A stretch of DNA of 64,000 nt from an uncultured Clostridia bacterium (GCA_944381145.1 CALWJZ010000004.1:13314-77313); one strand, 5' to 3'; shown: positions 18,263 to 28,704, counted from the stretch's first letter. Made by a program: numbers and translations. Notes: generated by a model not told the origin, from the sequence alone.

Positions 18263-20239
18263 TTACATCTCGCTTTTTATTCGTTTGTTTTGTAACAAAT
18301 CTTGAATCTTATTTTTGAAAATTTCAACACTTTCATATGATGATATTTTATTCACACATGATTTATTATCTTGTATAGATATTGATTTTGGCAATATTTG
18401 CATTTCATTCAAAGGTTTTATAACCTTTTCTTCATACCTATTTTCAATTTCTCCACTATTCAAAAATTCTTGTGCTTTATTAAGCAGTTCTGGTATATAA
18501 TTTTCATTATTTAACAAAAAATGTATTGAATTATTGTATATTTCTGAAACAAATCTATTATCTTTGTTTGACTGATAAACATCATAAAGATAAGCAACCA
18601 ATTCTATATCATCTTTTAATAAATTTTTTGCTTCATCAAAATATTGTATAATATCGTCAATTTTACATGTTTTATAAAAATTTTGTAAATAATTTATTAA
18701 TTTGAAAGATGGATTTTTTGTATTTTTTAGCGATTTTAAGGTTTCAATTAAAGAAAGATTATAGGCGTCGTATTCAATAAGCGAATTATAATACTGCCTT
18801 TTGTTTTCGTTATTTTCAAAATTTAAACTTACCTGCATGTAATTTCTGATGTTATGTGCCATTTTTGACACTAAACAAGCTTTGTTAAAATTGCTATCTG
18901 TTTCATGTTTGAATTGACGATAATGTTGACACTCATGAAAAACAGTTAATGGCAAATTATCAATCTTTTTTAAATTGAAAGATAGATAATTTCCTGGAAA
19001 TTTAAGGTTTGAAAATGGAACATTATTTTCAATAGTATAAAGAGCTGAAATTCTACTATCTTCAAATATTGCAGTATCGGAAACTCTTACCAAAGGAAAT
19101 TGGTGATTTTGTTTATAGATTTGATAATTCACAAAAGAATTTACAAAGCTTTTATTATAATTATAGCACATTGAATTTGCCATATGTAATTTATCTATTT
19201 TTTCTTGTGTAAAATTAGTTACTTCGTCAAAAAATTTTTGTTTATTTTCATCATTACACTTGCCAAACAATACACATTCACTTATACCTTTTGAAATAGG
19301 TAAAATTGTATCATAAAAGACTTCATTTAAGAATCTATCTAAAGAAATTTGCATTAATGTTTTTTCAGTATAGACAGCAAAATCAATAACGTCATTTTCA
19401 GAAAACGTACTTTCATTTAATTTTTCAAGAAAATAGTTTAGTTTATTATCATTTTTTAAATTATTTTTAAAATCTTTTATGTATTGATAATTGCAATTGT
19501 TATCAAATATGCTTTTAAATACCAATTTGCATTTATCAATAATAAACTTATTTAAATCATTTTGTTCAAAAATAACATCTTGAAAAAGAGGTGCGACCTG
19601 AAAAAGAGATATTCTATCAAGATTTAAATAATTATCAATATCATTATTATCTTCCATTAATGCAAAAAAGCAATTTTTAAGCTTTTCTTTAGACTTAAAT
19701 TCAGATGTTTCGATGTGAAAGTCTTTCAAACTATTTTGAATACTGACAAAAATAGAAGAGATTTGGCTTTCTGGACATTTTTTTATCAACTCTAAATACG
19801 ATTTAAATCTATTTATAAGCTCTTGTTCTGTAATATTTGAATTAATTGGAATTTTTGCTAAAGACAAAAGTTTGGCCGTATAAGCAAAACTATTGCCAAA
19901 AATTTTCCCTAACAAAACAGGATTCATTTCGTTTATTAAATTAAACCACTTTTCGCTTGAAATTAAATTTTGATTATTGTAAATAAGAAGACTTAATGGC
20001 AAAGGATTATTTACATTAGAATTTTTTATTATACTAACAACATCATCTTCAGGCATACTAAAAACTACATGTTCTTGTGTTTTGCATAATTCTAGACATA
20101 ATGTTTCATCAGAATCAATAAAATCTAAAAACAATTCTTTGAATTCTTCTTTGTTCAATTTCTCAGATTCAAGTATTTGTAATTTAGTAACTGGATCTGT
20201 ATTTGCATCTAGTAATTTTGATTTTGTTTCGTTTGTCAT
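18263..20239 (-). CDS. Hypothetical 658-aa helical protein with a HExxH motif (putative metallopeptidase-like)
   Basis: Long uninterrupted ORF containing LTVFHECQHYRQFKHE. I recognise no family. Confidence 0.6.
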   Translation of the reverse strand: MTNETKSKLLDANTDPVTKLQILESEKLNKEEFKELFLDFIDSDETLCLELCKTQEHVVFSMPEDDVVSIIKNSNVNNPLPLSLLIYNNQNLISSEKWFNLINEMNPVLLGKIFGNSFAYTAKLLSLAKIPINSNITEQELINRFKSYLELIKKCPESQISSIFVSIQNSLKDFHIETSEFKSKEKLKNCFFALMEDNNDIDNYLNLDRISLFQVAPLFQDVIFEQNDLNKFIIDKCKLVFKSIFDNNCNYQYIKDFKNNLKNDNKLNYFLEKLNESTFSENDVIDFAVYTEKTLMQISLDRFLNEVFYDTILPISKGISECVLFGKCNDENKQKFFDEVTNFTQEKIDKLHMANSMCYNYNKSFVNSFVNYQIYKQNHQFPLVRVSDTAIFEDSRISALYTIENNVPFSNLKFPGNYLSFNLKKIDNLPLTVFHECQHYRQFKHETDSNFNKACLVSKMAHNIRNYMQVSLNFENNENKRQYYNSLIEYDAYNLSLIETLKSLKNTKNPSFKLINYLQNFYKTCKIDDIIQYFDEAKNLLKDDIELVAYLYDVYQSNKDNRFVSEIYNNSIHFLLNNENYIPELLNKAQEFLNSGEIENRYEEKVIKPLNEMQILPKSISIQDNKSCVNKISSYESVEIFKNKIQDLLQNKRIKSEM

Positions 20240-20302
20240 AATATTTCCTTTTCAACTATTTTTTATTATAACATAGTTATATAAGTGAATACAACAAAAA
20301 AC

Positions 20303-20331
20303 AAAAAAAGATATGTGATATTACATATCTT
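20303..20331 (-). terminator. Intrinsic terminator after rpmF
   Basis: 9-bp stem AAGATATGT/ACATATCTT followed by a U-run on the minus strand. Confidence 0.65.
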
Positions 20332-20344
20332 TATACACAATAAA

Positions 20345-20545
20345 TTATTTTGTTTCTTTCTTTTGTTTTTCAACAACAACTTTTTGTTCGCCATCGTAGT
20401 AACCACATTTTTTACATACTCTGTGATTAGCTTTTAATTCATGACAATGAGGACATTCAACCATAGAAGGTGTTGAAATTTTCCAATTTGCTTTTCTGGA
20501 ATTACGCCTTGCTTTTGAAACTTTACCCTTTGGTACTATTGCCAT
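20345..20545 (-). CDS. rpmF: 50S ribosomal protein L32 (zinc-ribbon form)
   Basis: MAIVPKGKVSKARRNSRKA... with CPHC...CKKC. AGGAGG lies upstream. Confidence 0.93.
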   Translation of the reverse strand: MAIVPKGKVSKARRNSRKANWKISTPSMVECPHCHELKANHRVCKKCGYYDGEQKVVVEKQKKETK

Positions 20546-20620
20546 ACTGCACCTCCTAATTTTTTCGACTAAAGCAATTTTAAACTATATTCAATATTTT
20601 GTCAATCACTATTTGTAAAA

Positions 20621-21823
20621 TTATCTCAAATTATTGATTGTTTTGTATGTTTCTTCTGCAATAACCATTTCTTCATCGGTCGGAATTACAAAGATTTTGA
20701 TTTTGGAATTAGGACTACTTATCAAAGCTTCTTCTCCTCTTGGAGCAGAATTGTTTAAATTCTTATCTAATTCTACGCCCATAAATTCTAATCCTTCGAC
20801 CACAGCTTCTCTAAGTTCTGGTGTATGTTCTCCACAACCTGCTGTAAATACGATTGCATCAGCACCACCCAAAATACCCAAATATGCACAAATATATTTT
20901 TTTATTCTGTGACAATACATATCGAAAGCTGTTTTTACATTTGGATCATTCAAGTTAGCAGTAATATCACGCATGTCTGCCATTCCAGTACCTATTGCTC
21001 CCAACAATCCACTTTCTTTATTTAACATTTTCAAAACTTCACTGACAGTTTTTCCTTCTTTGTTGCAAATAAATTCTATAACAGCTGGATCAATATCTCC
21101 AGACCTTGTATTCATAATAATTCCTTCCAAAGGAGTAAATCCCATAGAAGTATCAAAACTTTTGCCATTTTTTACTGCTGTTATACTTGCTCCTGAGCCT
21201 ATATGACACGATACAATACTTATTTCTTCAGCTTTTTTGCCAAGAAGTTCAGCGCATCTTTGAGTTACATAATAATGACTAGTTCCATGTGCGCCATAGC
21301 GTCTTATTTTGTAATTATCATAATATTTTTTTGGAATTGCATATCTATACACATATTCTGGCAAAGTTTTGTGGAATCCTATATCAAATACAGCCACATT
21401 AGGTTTATTAGGACATAATTTCATAGAAGCTTCCATTCCTGCTATTGCTCCTGGAACATGAAGTGGAGAAAAATCTACATTCATTCTAAAATCTTCCAAG
21501 ATTTCTCTAGTAACAAGTGTACTATCAAAATAACTTTCACCAACATTAACAACCCTATGACCAAAGGCGCTTATTTCTTCTAAACTTGAAATAACCCCTA
21601 TTTTTTCATCAACAAGTTTTTCCAATACTAATTCCATAGCTTCACTATGATTAGTGATATTTTTATCGAATTTATATTCTTGACCATTAGATTTATATTT
21701 TAAAAATGAGCCGTTCTCATTAATTTTTTCTACATTTCCTTTTGCAATAACAGACTTGTTTTGCATATCTATTAATTGAAATTTCAACGAACTGCTACCA
21801 GCATTAATTACCAATATTTTCAT
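20621..21823 (-). CDS. ackA: Acetate kinase
   Basis: MKILVINAGSSSLKFQL... Confidence 0.95.
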   Translation of the reverse strand: MKILVINAGSSSLKFQLIDMQNKSVIAKGNVEKINENGSFLKYKSNGQEYKFDKNITNHSEAMELVLEKLVDEKIGVISSLEEISAFGHRVVNVGESYFDSTLVTREILEDFRMNVDFSPLHVPGAIAGMEASMKLCPNKPNVAVFDIGFHKTLPEYVYRYAIPKKYYDNYKIRRYGAHGTSHYYVTQRCAELLGKKAEEISIVSCHIGSGASITAVKNGKSFDTSMGFTPLEGIIMNTRSGDIDPAVIEFICNKEGKTVSEVLKMLNKESGLLGAIGTGMADMRDITANLNDPNVKTAFDMYCHRIKKYICAYLGILGGADAIVFTAGCGEHTPELREAVVEGLEFMGVELDKNLNNSAPRGEEALISSPNSKIKIFVIPTDEEMVIAEETYKTINNLR

Positions 21824-21838
21824 AATTATCTCCCTTTA

Positions 21839-22825
21839 TTATTCACATTGCAAAACAGTAATGGCAATTGCCTGTACTATGTCATCTACTGTTGCTCCAC
21901 GACTTACATCATTAATTGGTTTTCGCATTCCTTGTGCTATAGGGCCTATTGCCTTGAAACCACCAAATCTTTGCATTAATTTATAGCCTATATTTCCCGC
22001 CGATAAATTAGGGAATATTAGAACATTCGCATCTCCTTGAATTTTGCTGAAAGGTGCTTTTAATTTTGCTACAGATGGGACACACGCACTATCTAATTGC
22101 ATTTCTCCATCATATACAAAATCAACATTTTCTTTATCTAAAAGACTTTTTGCTTCTCGCATTTTCAAAGCATCATCACCATCTGCACTACCAAGCGTTG
22201 AGTAAGAGAGCAAAGCAACTTTTGGGTCACTAATTTTTGCGATTACTCTAGCAGATTCTGCAGACAACTTGGCTATTTGTACTATATCTTCTGCAGTTGG
22301 ATTGATATTGATACCACAATCAGATAAAATAAAGGTTTGATCATTTCTCATCATAACAAAAAAACTAGAAATTTTTGAATCTTTATTTTTCCCTTTTATA
22401 ATTTGAAAGGCAGGTTTGAATGTGTCTGCAGTTGCAATTTCAGCACCAGCAACAAGACCATCTGCTAGTCCAAGGTCAACCATCATAGTCCCAAAATAAA
22501 CTGAATTGCCAATCAATTTTTCTGCATCAGCCATAGTTAACCCTTTGTCTTTTCTTTTTTCGAACAATGCAGAAACAAGCATTTCTTTTATTTCATGAGT
22601 TGATATATTTACAATTTTCAAATATTCATTTTCTTCAAATTTAATATCTTTTAACTGATTATCATCATTAACAAGAAAAATAATTTTTGCAATGTGATGT
22701 TTTGCACATTCCAGCCCTGCTTCAACAATTCTTTTGCTAAATCCTGCTTCAGGTAATACTATTGTTTTGCTTAATTCTTTTGCACTATTTAACCAAATAG
22801 TTTCTAAATTAGTTTTATTTTCCAT
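21839..22825 (-). CDS. pta: Phosphate acetyltransferase
   Basis: 328 aa PTA_PTB domain, immediately upstream of ackA. Confidence 0.93.
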   Translation of the reverse strand: MENKTNLETIWLNSAKELSKTIVLPEAGFSKRIVEAGLECAKHHIAKIIFLVNDDNQLKDIKFEENEYLKIVNISTHEIKEMLVSALFEKRKDKGLTMADAEKLIGNSVYFGTMMVDLGLADGLVAGAEIATADTFKPAFQIIKGKNKDSKISSFFVMMRNDQTFILSDCGININPTAEDIVQIAKLSAESARVIAKISDPKVALLSYSTLGSADGDDALKMREAKSLLDKENVDFVYDGEMQLDSACVPSVAKLKAPFSKIQGDANVLIFPNLSAGNIGYKLMQRFGGFKAIGPIAQGMRKPINDVSRGATVDDIVQAIAITVLQCE

Positions 22826-22956
22826 AATTATTTCAAAATCCTTATAAGATTTATTTGTATAAAAATTACAAATGTATTAAAATATTAATATTGTAATTCA
22901 AACAATTGTAGTTTACTAAAAATACATGAAAAAGTAAATCATTTAATGGAGTAATT

Positions 22957-24231
22957 ATGAAAATCTGCGCGATAATTTGTGAATATAACCCTCTACATTA
23001 TGGTCATTTATATCATATCCAAAAAGCCAAAGAATTAAGTGGTTGTGATGCTATAATGTGCATACAGGCTGGAAATTTTACACAAAGAGGCGAACCAGCA
23101 ATTTCTAACAAATATTTACGTGCTAGAATGGCTCTTGAAGCTGGTGCAGACATAGTTGTTCAAATCCCTACAGCGTATTGTTGTAGTTCGGCAGAAATTT
23201 TTGCACTTGCAGGCGTGAAAATTGCTAACTCATTTGAAAATGTTACACATTTAGCATTTGGATGTGAAACAGAAAATTTCGAATTACTAAAAGAGATTGC
23301 CAAATTTTTTTCTAATGAAACCAAAGATTATAAAGAAAAATTAAAAAAATTTTTGGATAATGGAGATTCTCTACCTGTAAGTAGACAAAAAGCAATTGAA
23401 GAGCTTATAAAAGAAGACAAAGTAGAATTCAGTGAAATTACAGAAACTTTGAACATTCTTACAAAACCAAACAATATACTAGCTATCGAATATTTAAAGG
23501 CTTTGTATAGAACCAAAAGCAAAATTGAACCAATATTCACTACAAGGTCAAATAGTGATTATAATTCAGCAGATTTAAATGGCAAAGATAGTAGCGCTAC
23601 TGCAATACGAACAAGACTTTTGTCAAAGAAAAAAATTCGCTCTATCAAAAAATTAGTGCCACATTTTACATATAATTTAATGAAAGATGATATAAAGACT
23701 TATGGACTTCCTGATTTGAATTTATACAATGATTTGTGTTCATATGTTGTCAAAACAAGTTCCGAAAACGATATAAAAAATATATATGATGTTTCTGAAG
23801 GAATTGAAAATAGATTTATTGCTAGTGCAAAAAAATTCAAAGATTTCAATGAACTTCTTTTAGATGTCAAAACAAAAAGATATACTTATACTCGATTGAA
23901 ACGAATAGTTCTAAGACTTCTTCTTAAAATTGATAAAGAAATTATATCTGAAATCTATAAAATAGATAAACTTCCATTTATCAAAGTTCTTGCATTCAAT
24001 GCTGGGAAAAAAGAATTACTATCTAATATAAGTGCAGACACGAACATCATTATTAGAAATAGTAATGTTGTCAAAAAACCTAGTGCAGAATATAAAACTC
24101 TTGCAGATATAGAAGATAGAGCAAATGCAGTTTTTAATTTGTTATTACGAAAAAACAAAACTATTCCTAATTATTCTCCAGATTTATATACACAAAGCAT
24201 AAAATATATAGACAAAACAAACAATAAATAA
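22957..24231 (+). CDS. tmcAL: tRNA(Met) cytidine acetate ligase (TmcAL/YlbM, UPF0348 nucleotidyltransferase)
   Basis: MKICAIICEYNPLHYGHLYHI... (HxGH nucleotidyltransferase motif). Size and neighbourhood to ylbJ match Bacillus. Confidence 0.85.
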   Translation: MKICAIICEYNPLHYGHLYHIQKAKELSGCDAIMCIQAGNFTQRGEPAISNKYLRARMALEAGADIVVQIPTAYCCSSAEIFALAGVKIANSFENVTHLAFGCETENFELLKEIAKFFSNETKDYKEKLKKFLDNGDSLPVSRQKAIEELIKEDKVEFSEITETLNILTKPNNILAIEYLKALYRTKSKIEPIFTTRSNSDYNSADLNGKDSSATAIRTRLLSKKKIRSIKKLVPHFTYNLMKDDIKTYGLPDLNLYNDLCSYVVKTSSENDIKNIYDVSEGIENRFIASAKKFKDFNELLLDVKTKRYTYTRLKRIVLRLLLKIDKEIISEIYKIDKLPFIKVLAFNAGKKELLSNISADTNIIIRNSNVVKKPSAEYKTLADIEDRANAVFNLLLRKNKTIPNYSPDLYTQSIKYIDKTNNK

Positions 24232-24267
24232 AAAATAGTTATTTTTAACCAAATAACTATTTTTTTA
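24229..24267. terminator. Bidirectional terminator between tmcAL and the patatin gene
   Basis: 12-bp stem AAATAGTTATTT/AAATAACTATTT flanked by A- and T-runs. Confidence 0.6.
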
Positions 24268-25036
24268 TTAAATCTAAAATTTCTTGTATGTGTTTTTCGG
24301 TTTCAAGTTCTCCTTCTTTTATGACTTTCAATGCATTCTTTTTGCCAAACCCCATAAGAGTCAATCCACTTAAATTTGGCTGTAGAGATATGTTAGCATG
24401 ACAAGCTTTGCAATTTTGAATTACTTTTGTCATAATATTTATAGAGTAAATAAGAGTATCAATTATAGTACGAGGCTTTTTTGTCATAAAAGATTTAGCA
24501 ATAGAATCTACTGAAATAATAATATCAGGTCCCATGTCCTTTGCAATATCTTCTGGAAGATTATTTACAACACCTCCGTCTACCAATAGCATTTCGTCTT
24601 TTTTGAATGGAACAAAAAATCCAGGCATTGAAAGTGTAGCTCTAACAGCATCTCTAACATTACCAGAATTAAAAATTATTTCTTTTTCGCTATACAAATC
24701 ACACGCAACACAAGCAAATCTTTTTTTCAAATCTTGAATATTTTTATCAGGCAAAAATTTATTAATTTTTTCCATAACACCTTTTCCTGAAAATAGACCA
24801 CTTGCATTAAAATTGACATCAATAAAATGTATTTTTTTAAATTTACAAGCAAATTGTGTCATTTCTTTTACACTTAAACCTGAAGCATATGCGGCTCCAA
24901 CCAGACCTCCCATACTTGTACCAACAATAATGTCAATAGGAACTTTGTACTTTTCCAAAACTTTGATAACTCCTATATGGCAAAATCCAAGTGCTCCACC
25001 ACCACCCAAAACTAATGCAATTTTTTTTCTTTCCAT
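24257..25036 (-). CDS. Patatin-like phospholipase
   Basis: GGGGALG oxyanion motif, GTSMGG nucleophile elbow, and a DGG catalytic Asp motif (LVDGGV). ATG 25036 follows GGTGGG. Confidence 0.85.
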   Translation of the reverse strand: MERKKIALVLGGGGALGFCHIGVIKVLEKYKVPIDIIVGTSMGGLVGAAYASGLSVKEMTQFACKFKKIHFIDVNFNASGLFSGKGVMEKINKFLPDKNIQDLKKRFACVACDLYSEKEIIFNSGNVRDAVRATLSMPGFFVPFKKDEMLLVDGGVVNNLPEDIAKDMGPDIIISVDSIAKSFMTKKPRTIIDTLIYSINIMTKVIQNCKACHANISLQPNLSGLTLMGFGKKNALKVIKEGELETEKHIQEILDLIKK

Positions 25037-25110
25037 AAAACCCACCAAACCATTTCAAATATCTAACTAAAAAGAATATATTACTTAATATACTCATATT
25101 TTAATATATA

Positions 25111-26085
25111 ATGATAAAAAACAAAATTAAATTTTATAATTTAAATAAAATATTATATGTAATTATTTTAATTTTAGCTATTTTATTGCTAATTATTTTT
25201 CCACAATACTCAATATCTGCTTTTTATGATGGTTTGCGTATTTGGGCAACCAAAGTTTTACCAGCTTTACTTCCTTTTTTTATTCTTACAAAATTATTAT
25301 CATACACAAATTTCATAACAAATTTAGGGAAATTTATAAGTCCTTTAACACGCAAATTATATAATGTTGGTGGAGTATCTGGCTATATTTATATTATGAG
25401 TATCATTTCTGGTTATCCTGTAGGAGCAAAATTAACATCAGATTTATATTTAAATGGAACTATTAACGAAAACCAAGCCAAAACAATAACTGCTTTTACA
25501 AGCACATCAGGACCTTTATTTATAATTGGCACTGTAGCTATTGGAATGTTTAATAATTCAACTATTGGTTTTATTATTTTATTTTGTCATATAATAGGCG
25601 CAATTATAAATGGTTTTTTTTATAAAATGAAAAAATCAGAATTAGTTTATTCATTTTCTAAAAAAACTCCCGAAAATTTTTTAAATGAAAGCATGAATAG
25701 TAGCATTATTAGTATTATGGCAGTTGGTGGATTTATTGCCATGTTTTATATGTTTTTGACAATATTAATTCAAATAAATATTTTTGAGCCTATTTTCCAA
25801 TTAATTGAATTAATTGGTATTAATTCAGAAATATCGAGAAGTATATTTTGTGGCTTAGTTGAAGTCACTACAGGCTGTTTACAATTAAGTAAAACGAGTT
25901 TAAATTTTGAAGGAATTTGCTTAATTTCTACTTTTTTAATATCATTTGGAGGTCTATCCATACATGCTCAAGCATATTGTTTTCTAAAAAATTTTAATAT
26001 GTCTTATGGTTTGTTTTTTTTACAAAAGTTAACTCAGGCTGTAGTATCGACTCTTCTATGCTTTTTGATTATGTTGTTTATTTGA
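25111..26085 (+). CDS. ylbJ: Sporulation integral membrane protein YlbJ (nucleoside-recognition-domain family)
   Basis: Polytopic membrane protein with a YlbJ-like N-terminus (GLRIWATKVLPALLPFFILT). Lies near tmcAL/ylbM as in Bacillus. Confidence 0.7.
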   Translation: MIKNKIKFYNLNKILYVIILILAILLLIIFPQYSISAFYDGLRIWATKVLPALLPFFILTKLLSYTNFITNLGKFISPLTRKLYNVGGVSGYIYIMSIISGYPVGAKLTSDLYLNGTINENQAKTITAFTSTSGPLFIIGTVAIGMFNNSTIGFIILFCHIIGAIINGFFYKMKKSELVYSFSKKTPENFLNESMNSSIISIMAVGGFIAMFYMFLTILIQINIFEPIFQLIELIGINSEISRSIFCGLVEVTTGCLQLSKTSLNFEGICLISTFLISFGGLSIHAQAYCFLKNFNMSYGLFFLQKLTQAVVSTLLCFLIMLFI

Positions 26086-26196
26086 TATGAAGAAGCGAAA
26101 AAGGCAATATCAATTTCATAAAAAAAATAAATAGACTTAAAACATTTTTATATTAAATCAACAATTTTTTGAAAATTTCAAATTGTGAAAATAAAA

Positions 26197-26220
26197 AATC
26201 AACTATAATCATAGTTGATT
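26197..26220. terminator. Hairpin between convergent ylbJ and the 259-aa ORF
   Basis: AATCAACTAT-AATC-ATAGTTGATT with flanking A/T runs. Confidence 0.5.
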
Positions 26221-26999
26221 TAATAATATATGTCTGCAATTAACAATTTTATATTTTCATATAACTTATTCAATCTTTTATGTTTTTTCAAAAAATGTTC
26301 CAATGGAACTAAAAGAGCATTTATAATTAATAATTCTTCCAAGTGCACAGCCCTATTAAGAGCTTTAAGCACAATTATTAATTCTTCTTTTTCACTATAT
26401 TTTAACCTTGGTTCTTCATTGATTGCATTATGCAACTCTTCTATTCCCATAATTAAGTTTGCAAGCAATATTTTTGTATTTTTATCTGTTTCTATTTTTT
26501 CTATAGTTTCGTCAATTGTTACTTGGTTTTTTGAAAAATCTGCAACTTGTTCAATATTTCCATTTTCATCCATCCCAATTAAATTTTTTACAGCAGTTTT
26601 ATATGCTACAAGTACAGTAATTGCGAAGTTATTATAACTTATATTGTAACCATCAGGGCTAAAAAAATTTTCAGTCACAAAAGATTGCAAATTAATATTT
26701 TTTTTATCTACATCAAGAAGCAAACATGTAACAAAAGCCACTATTTCCTTTTCGTCATCTGTCATAACAAAATATCCACCATTTGCTGGATTTGATGCAA
26801 CACTCCTGTCTAGTACATTTTTAAATTTGAATCCTTTCATACAATTGGAATAAAGATCATATAAAACTTCACTTTTCACTACACATTTTAAAATGTTTGC
26901 AACTTTTGTATCAGATAAAATAAATCTTCCTTCTATCATTTCGTTACAAGCTTTATAAAAATCTAAAATATTTTGCTTTTCTTGATCGGTTATTATCAT
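26220..26999 (-). CDS. Hypothetical protein (259 aa)
   Basis: Long ORF with no recognisable motif. Confidence 0.5.
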   Translation of the reverse strand: MIITDQEKQNILDFYKACNEMIEGRFILSDTKVANILKCVVKSEVLYDLYSNCMKGFKFKNVLDRSVASNPANGGYFVMTDDEKEIVAFVTCLLLDVDKKNINLQSFVTENFFSPDGYNISYNNFAITVLVAYKTAVKNLIGMDENGNIEQVADFSKNQVTIDETIEKIETDKNTKILLANLIMGIEELHNAINEEPRLKYSEKEELIIVLKALNRAVHLEELLIINALLVPLEHFLKKHKRLNKLYENIKLLIADIYY

Positions 27000-27325
27000 G
27001 GTATCCCCTCTCCTGTTTATATTGTATTATAAAAATCATTAAATATCAATTAAATATAACAAATTGATTAAGTTAAAAATCTTTCACAAAAATTATTCAT
27101 CCAAACAACAGAAAATAAATGAAAAATGATTAATAGTTTATATATTTATTTAAAATCTTTAAATTTAATTGAAATTTTTATATTTAATTAAACTTTTTAT
27201 ATTTAATTACAAAAATTACTTTAAAATATTTCATATTTTGCAAAAATTACAAAAACTTTTTAAATTAATTTATCTTTTGCTATTTTTGTGTTAATATATA
27301 TTCAAATAATATATTTGGAGAAATC

Positions 27326-27862
27326 ATGGATTTTGAACAAGATAACACTATTCAAAAATTAAAATTATTATTTTTATTAGACAAAATGGAAATTCCATTG
27401 ACCGAAAATAATATAATAGACATTTGTACTAGTAGCAATAATTGGTTTTCATACTTAGATGTCAAAGAAGCCATGTATGAATTATTAGATGTGGGATTCA
27501 TATGTGAAGAAAAAATAGAAGCAGAGGAGACAAGATACAGTATCACTTTTGACGGTAGAAACTGTTTAAGTCATTTTTATTATAGAATTCCAAAAGATAT
27601 AAGAGAAAAAATTTCTACCTACGCACAAGAAAATAGAATGAATCTTAAGCGTAGTCAAGAATATGTTTCAGAATATACCAAAAATAGCGATGGTACTTAT
27701 TCAGTAATATTGAAAATAAAAGAGCCAATTCTTACACAATCTTTATTAGAATTAAAATTAAAAGCGCCAACAAGAGCTTCTGCAGTTGAAGCAAGTAGAA
27801 GATGGACAGAAAAAGCTCCCGCAATTTACGAAACTATCTATGATAATTTACTAGATAATTAA
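27326..27862 (+). CDS. DUF4364-family putative transcriptional regulator
   Basis: KLKLLFLLDKMEIPLTENNIIDI...YLDVKEAMYELLDVGFI matches my recollection of the DUF4364 N-terminal wHTH pattern. GGAG lies upstream. Confidence 0.6.
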   Translation: MDFEQDNTIQKLKLLFLLDKMEIPLTENNIIDICTSSNNWFSYLDVKEAMYELLDVGFICEEKIEAEETRYSITFDGRNCLSHFYYRIPKDIREKISTYAQENRMNLKRSQEYVSEYTKNSDGTYSVILKIKEPILTQSLLELKLKAPTRASAVEASRRWTEKAPAIYETIYDNLLDN

Positions 27863-27885
27863 GATTATAAAATTAAGGAGAATTT

Positions 27886-28128
27886 ATGGAAACATATACA
27901 CCAAAAAACGTTTGTTCAAGAAAAATAAATTTTGAAGTAAATAATGGCATAATTACAAAATGTGAATTTGTTGGTGGTTGTGCTGGAAATACTCAGGGAG
28001 TATCAAAGTTAGTTCTTGGTATGAATATTGATGATGTAATAAAAAAATTAAGTGGTATTCAATGTAGAAACGGAACATCTTGTCCTGATCAATTAGCTCA
28101 AGCCTTAAAAAACTATAAAAATAATTAA
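27886..28128 (+). CDS. TSCPD-domain protein (TIGR03905 family)
   Basis: 80 aa with GGCAGNTQGVSKL...GIQCRNGTSCPDQLAQAL. Confidence 0.8.
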   Translation: METYTPKNVCSRKINFEVNNGIITKCEFVGGCAGNTQGVSKLVLGMNIDDVIKKLSGIQCRNGTSCPDQLAQALKNYKNN

Positions 28129-28161
28129 TAAAAAACAACTAACTTATTAGTTGTTTTTTTA
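28129..28161. terminator. Bidirectional intrinsic terminator
   Basis: 9-bp stem AACAACTAA/TTAGTTGTT, 4-nt loop, A-run before and T-run after. Confidence 0.7.
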
Positions 28162-28590
28162 TATTCTATTAAATTTTTGTAATACTTTTGATTTATGAAG
28201 TTCAGTTTGAGATTGAATATTTTTTATTATTGCATTAGTTTCCATAAGTTTTGTATATGATTCTTTGAAATCTATAGATTCTCGAAAATTTGGATTATAT
28301 GCAAAATCAATACAACACTGATGGCAATAATAATTACGCTGACGCGCTAATTTGTTAAGTAAAAAATATGTATTTTTATCAAAATAAGGTGTATTGTCAC
28401 TATTATCCAAATTTTCTAATGCTTGAATTATTTGACCTAATCCTTTGTATGTACTACGTACAAGTTGAATATTTTTAAAAAAATTTCCGTTTAACATACC
28501 GGCATATATTATTTTAAGGTCATTTTCTATAAACTGATAAAGCATTATAGTTTCTCCAAGCAGATATTTAAAATTATCAAAAGAATCCAT
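28159..28590 (-). CDS. Hypothetical all-helical protein with an Rx4H (HEPN-like) motif
   Basis: 143 aa containing LNKLARQRNYYCHQ. The size and motif position are compatible with a minimal HEPN domain. This is motif-level evidence only. Confidence 0.45.
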   Translation of the reverse strand: MDSFDNFKYLLGETIMLYQFIENDLKIIYAGMLNGNFFKNIQLVRSTYKGLGQIIQALENLDNSDNTPYFDKNTYFLLNKLARQRNYYCHQCCIDFAYNPNFRESIDFKESYTKLMETNAIIKNIQSQTELHKSKVLQKFNRI

Positions 28591-28646
28591 TTATACCTCT
28601 CTTAATTTATTAAGTATATAATAATTAATTATCAAAATTTTTGTCA

Positions 28647-28691
28647 ACAAAAAAACATATCAATTTATTAAAATATTTTAATTGATATGTT
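28647..28691 (-). terminator. Intrinsic terminator after valS
   Basis: 12-bp stem AACATATCAATT/AATTGATATGTT followed by a U-run on the minus strand. Confidence 0.6.
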
Positions 28692-28704
28692 TTATTAAAA
28701 TTAT

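Noticed and set aside
26230-26637. 135-aa plus-strand ORF
   Set aside because: It lies entirely inside the longer 259-aa minus-strand ORF and has no SD or motif.
27175-27209. 16-nt direct repeat TTTTTATATTTAATTA (two copies, 19 nt apart)
   Set aside because: It lies in an extremely AT-rich intergenic region where such repeats arise by chance. It may be promoter UP-like sequence, but nothing distinguishes it.
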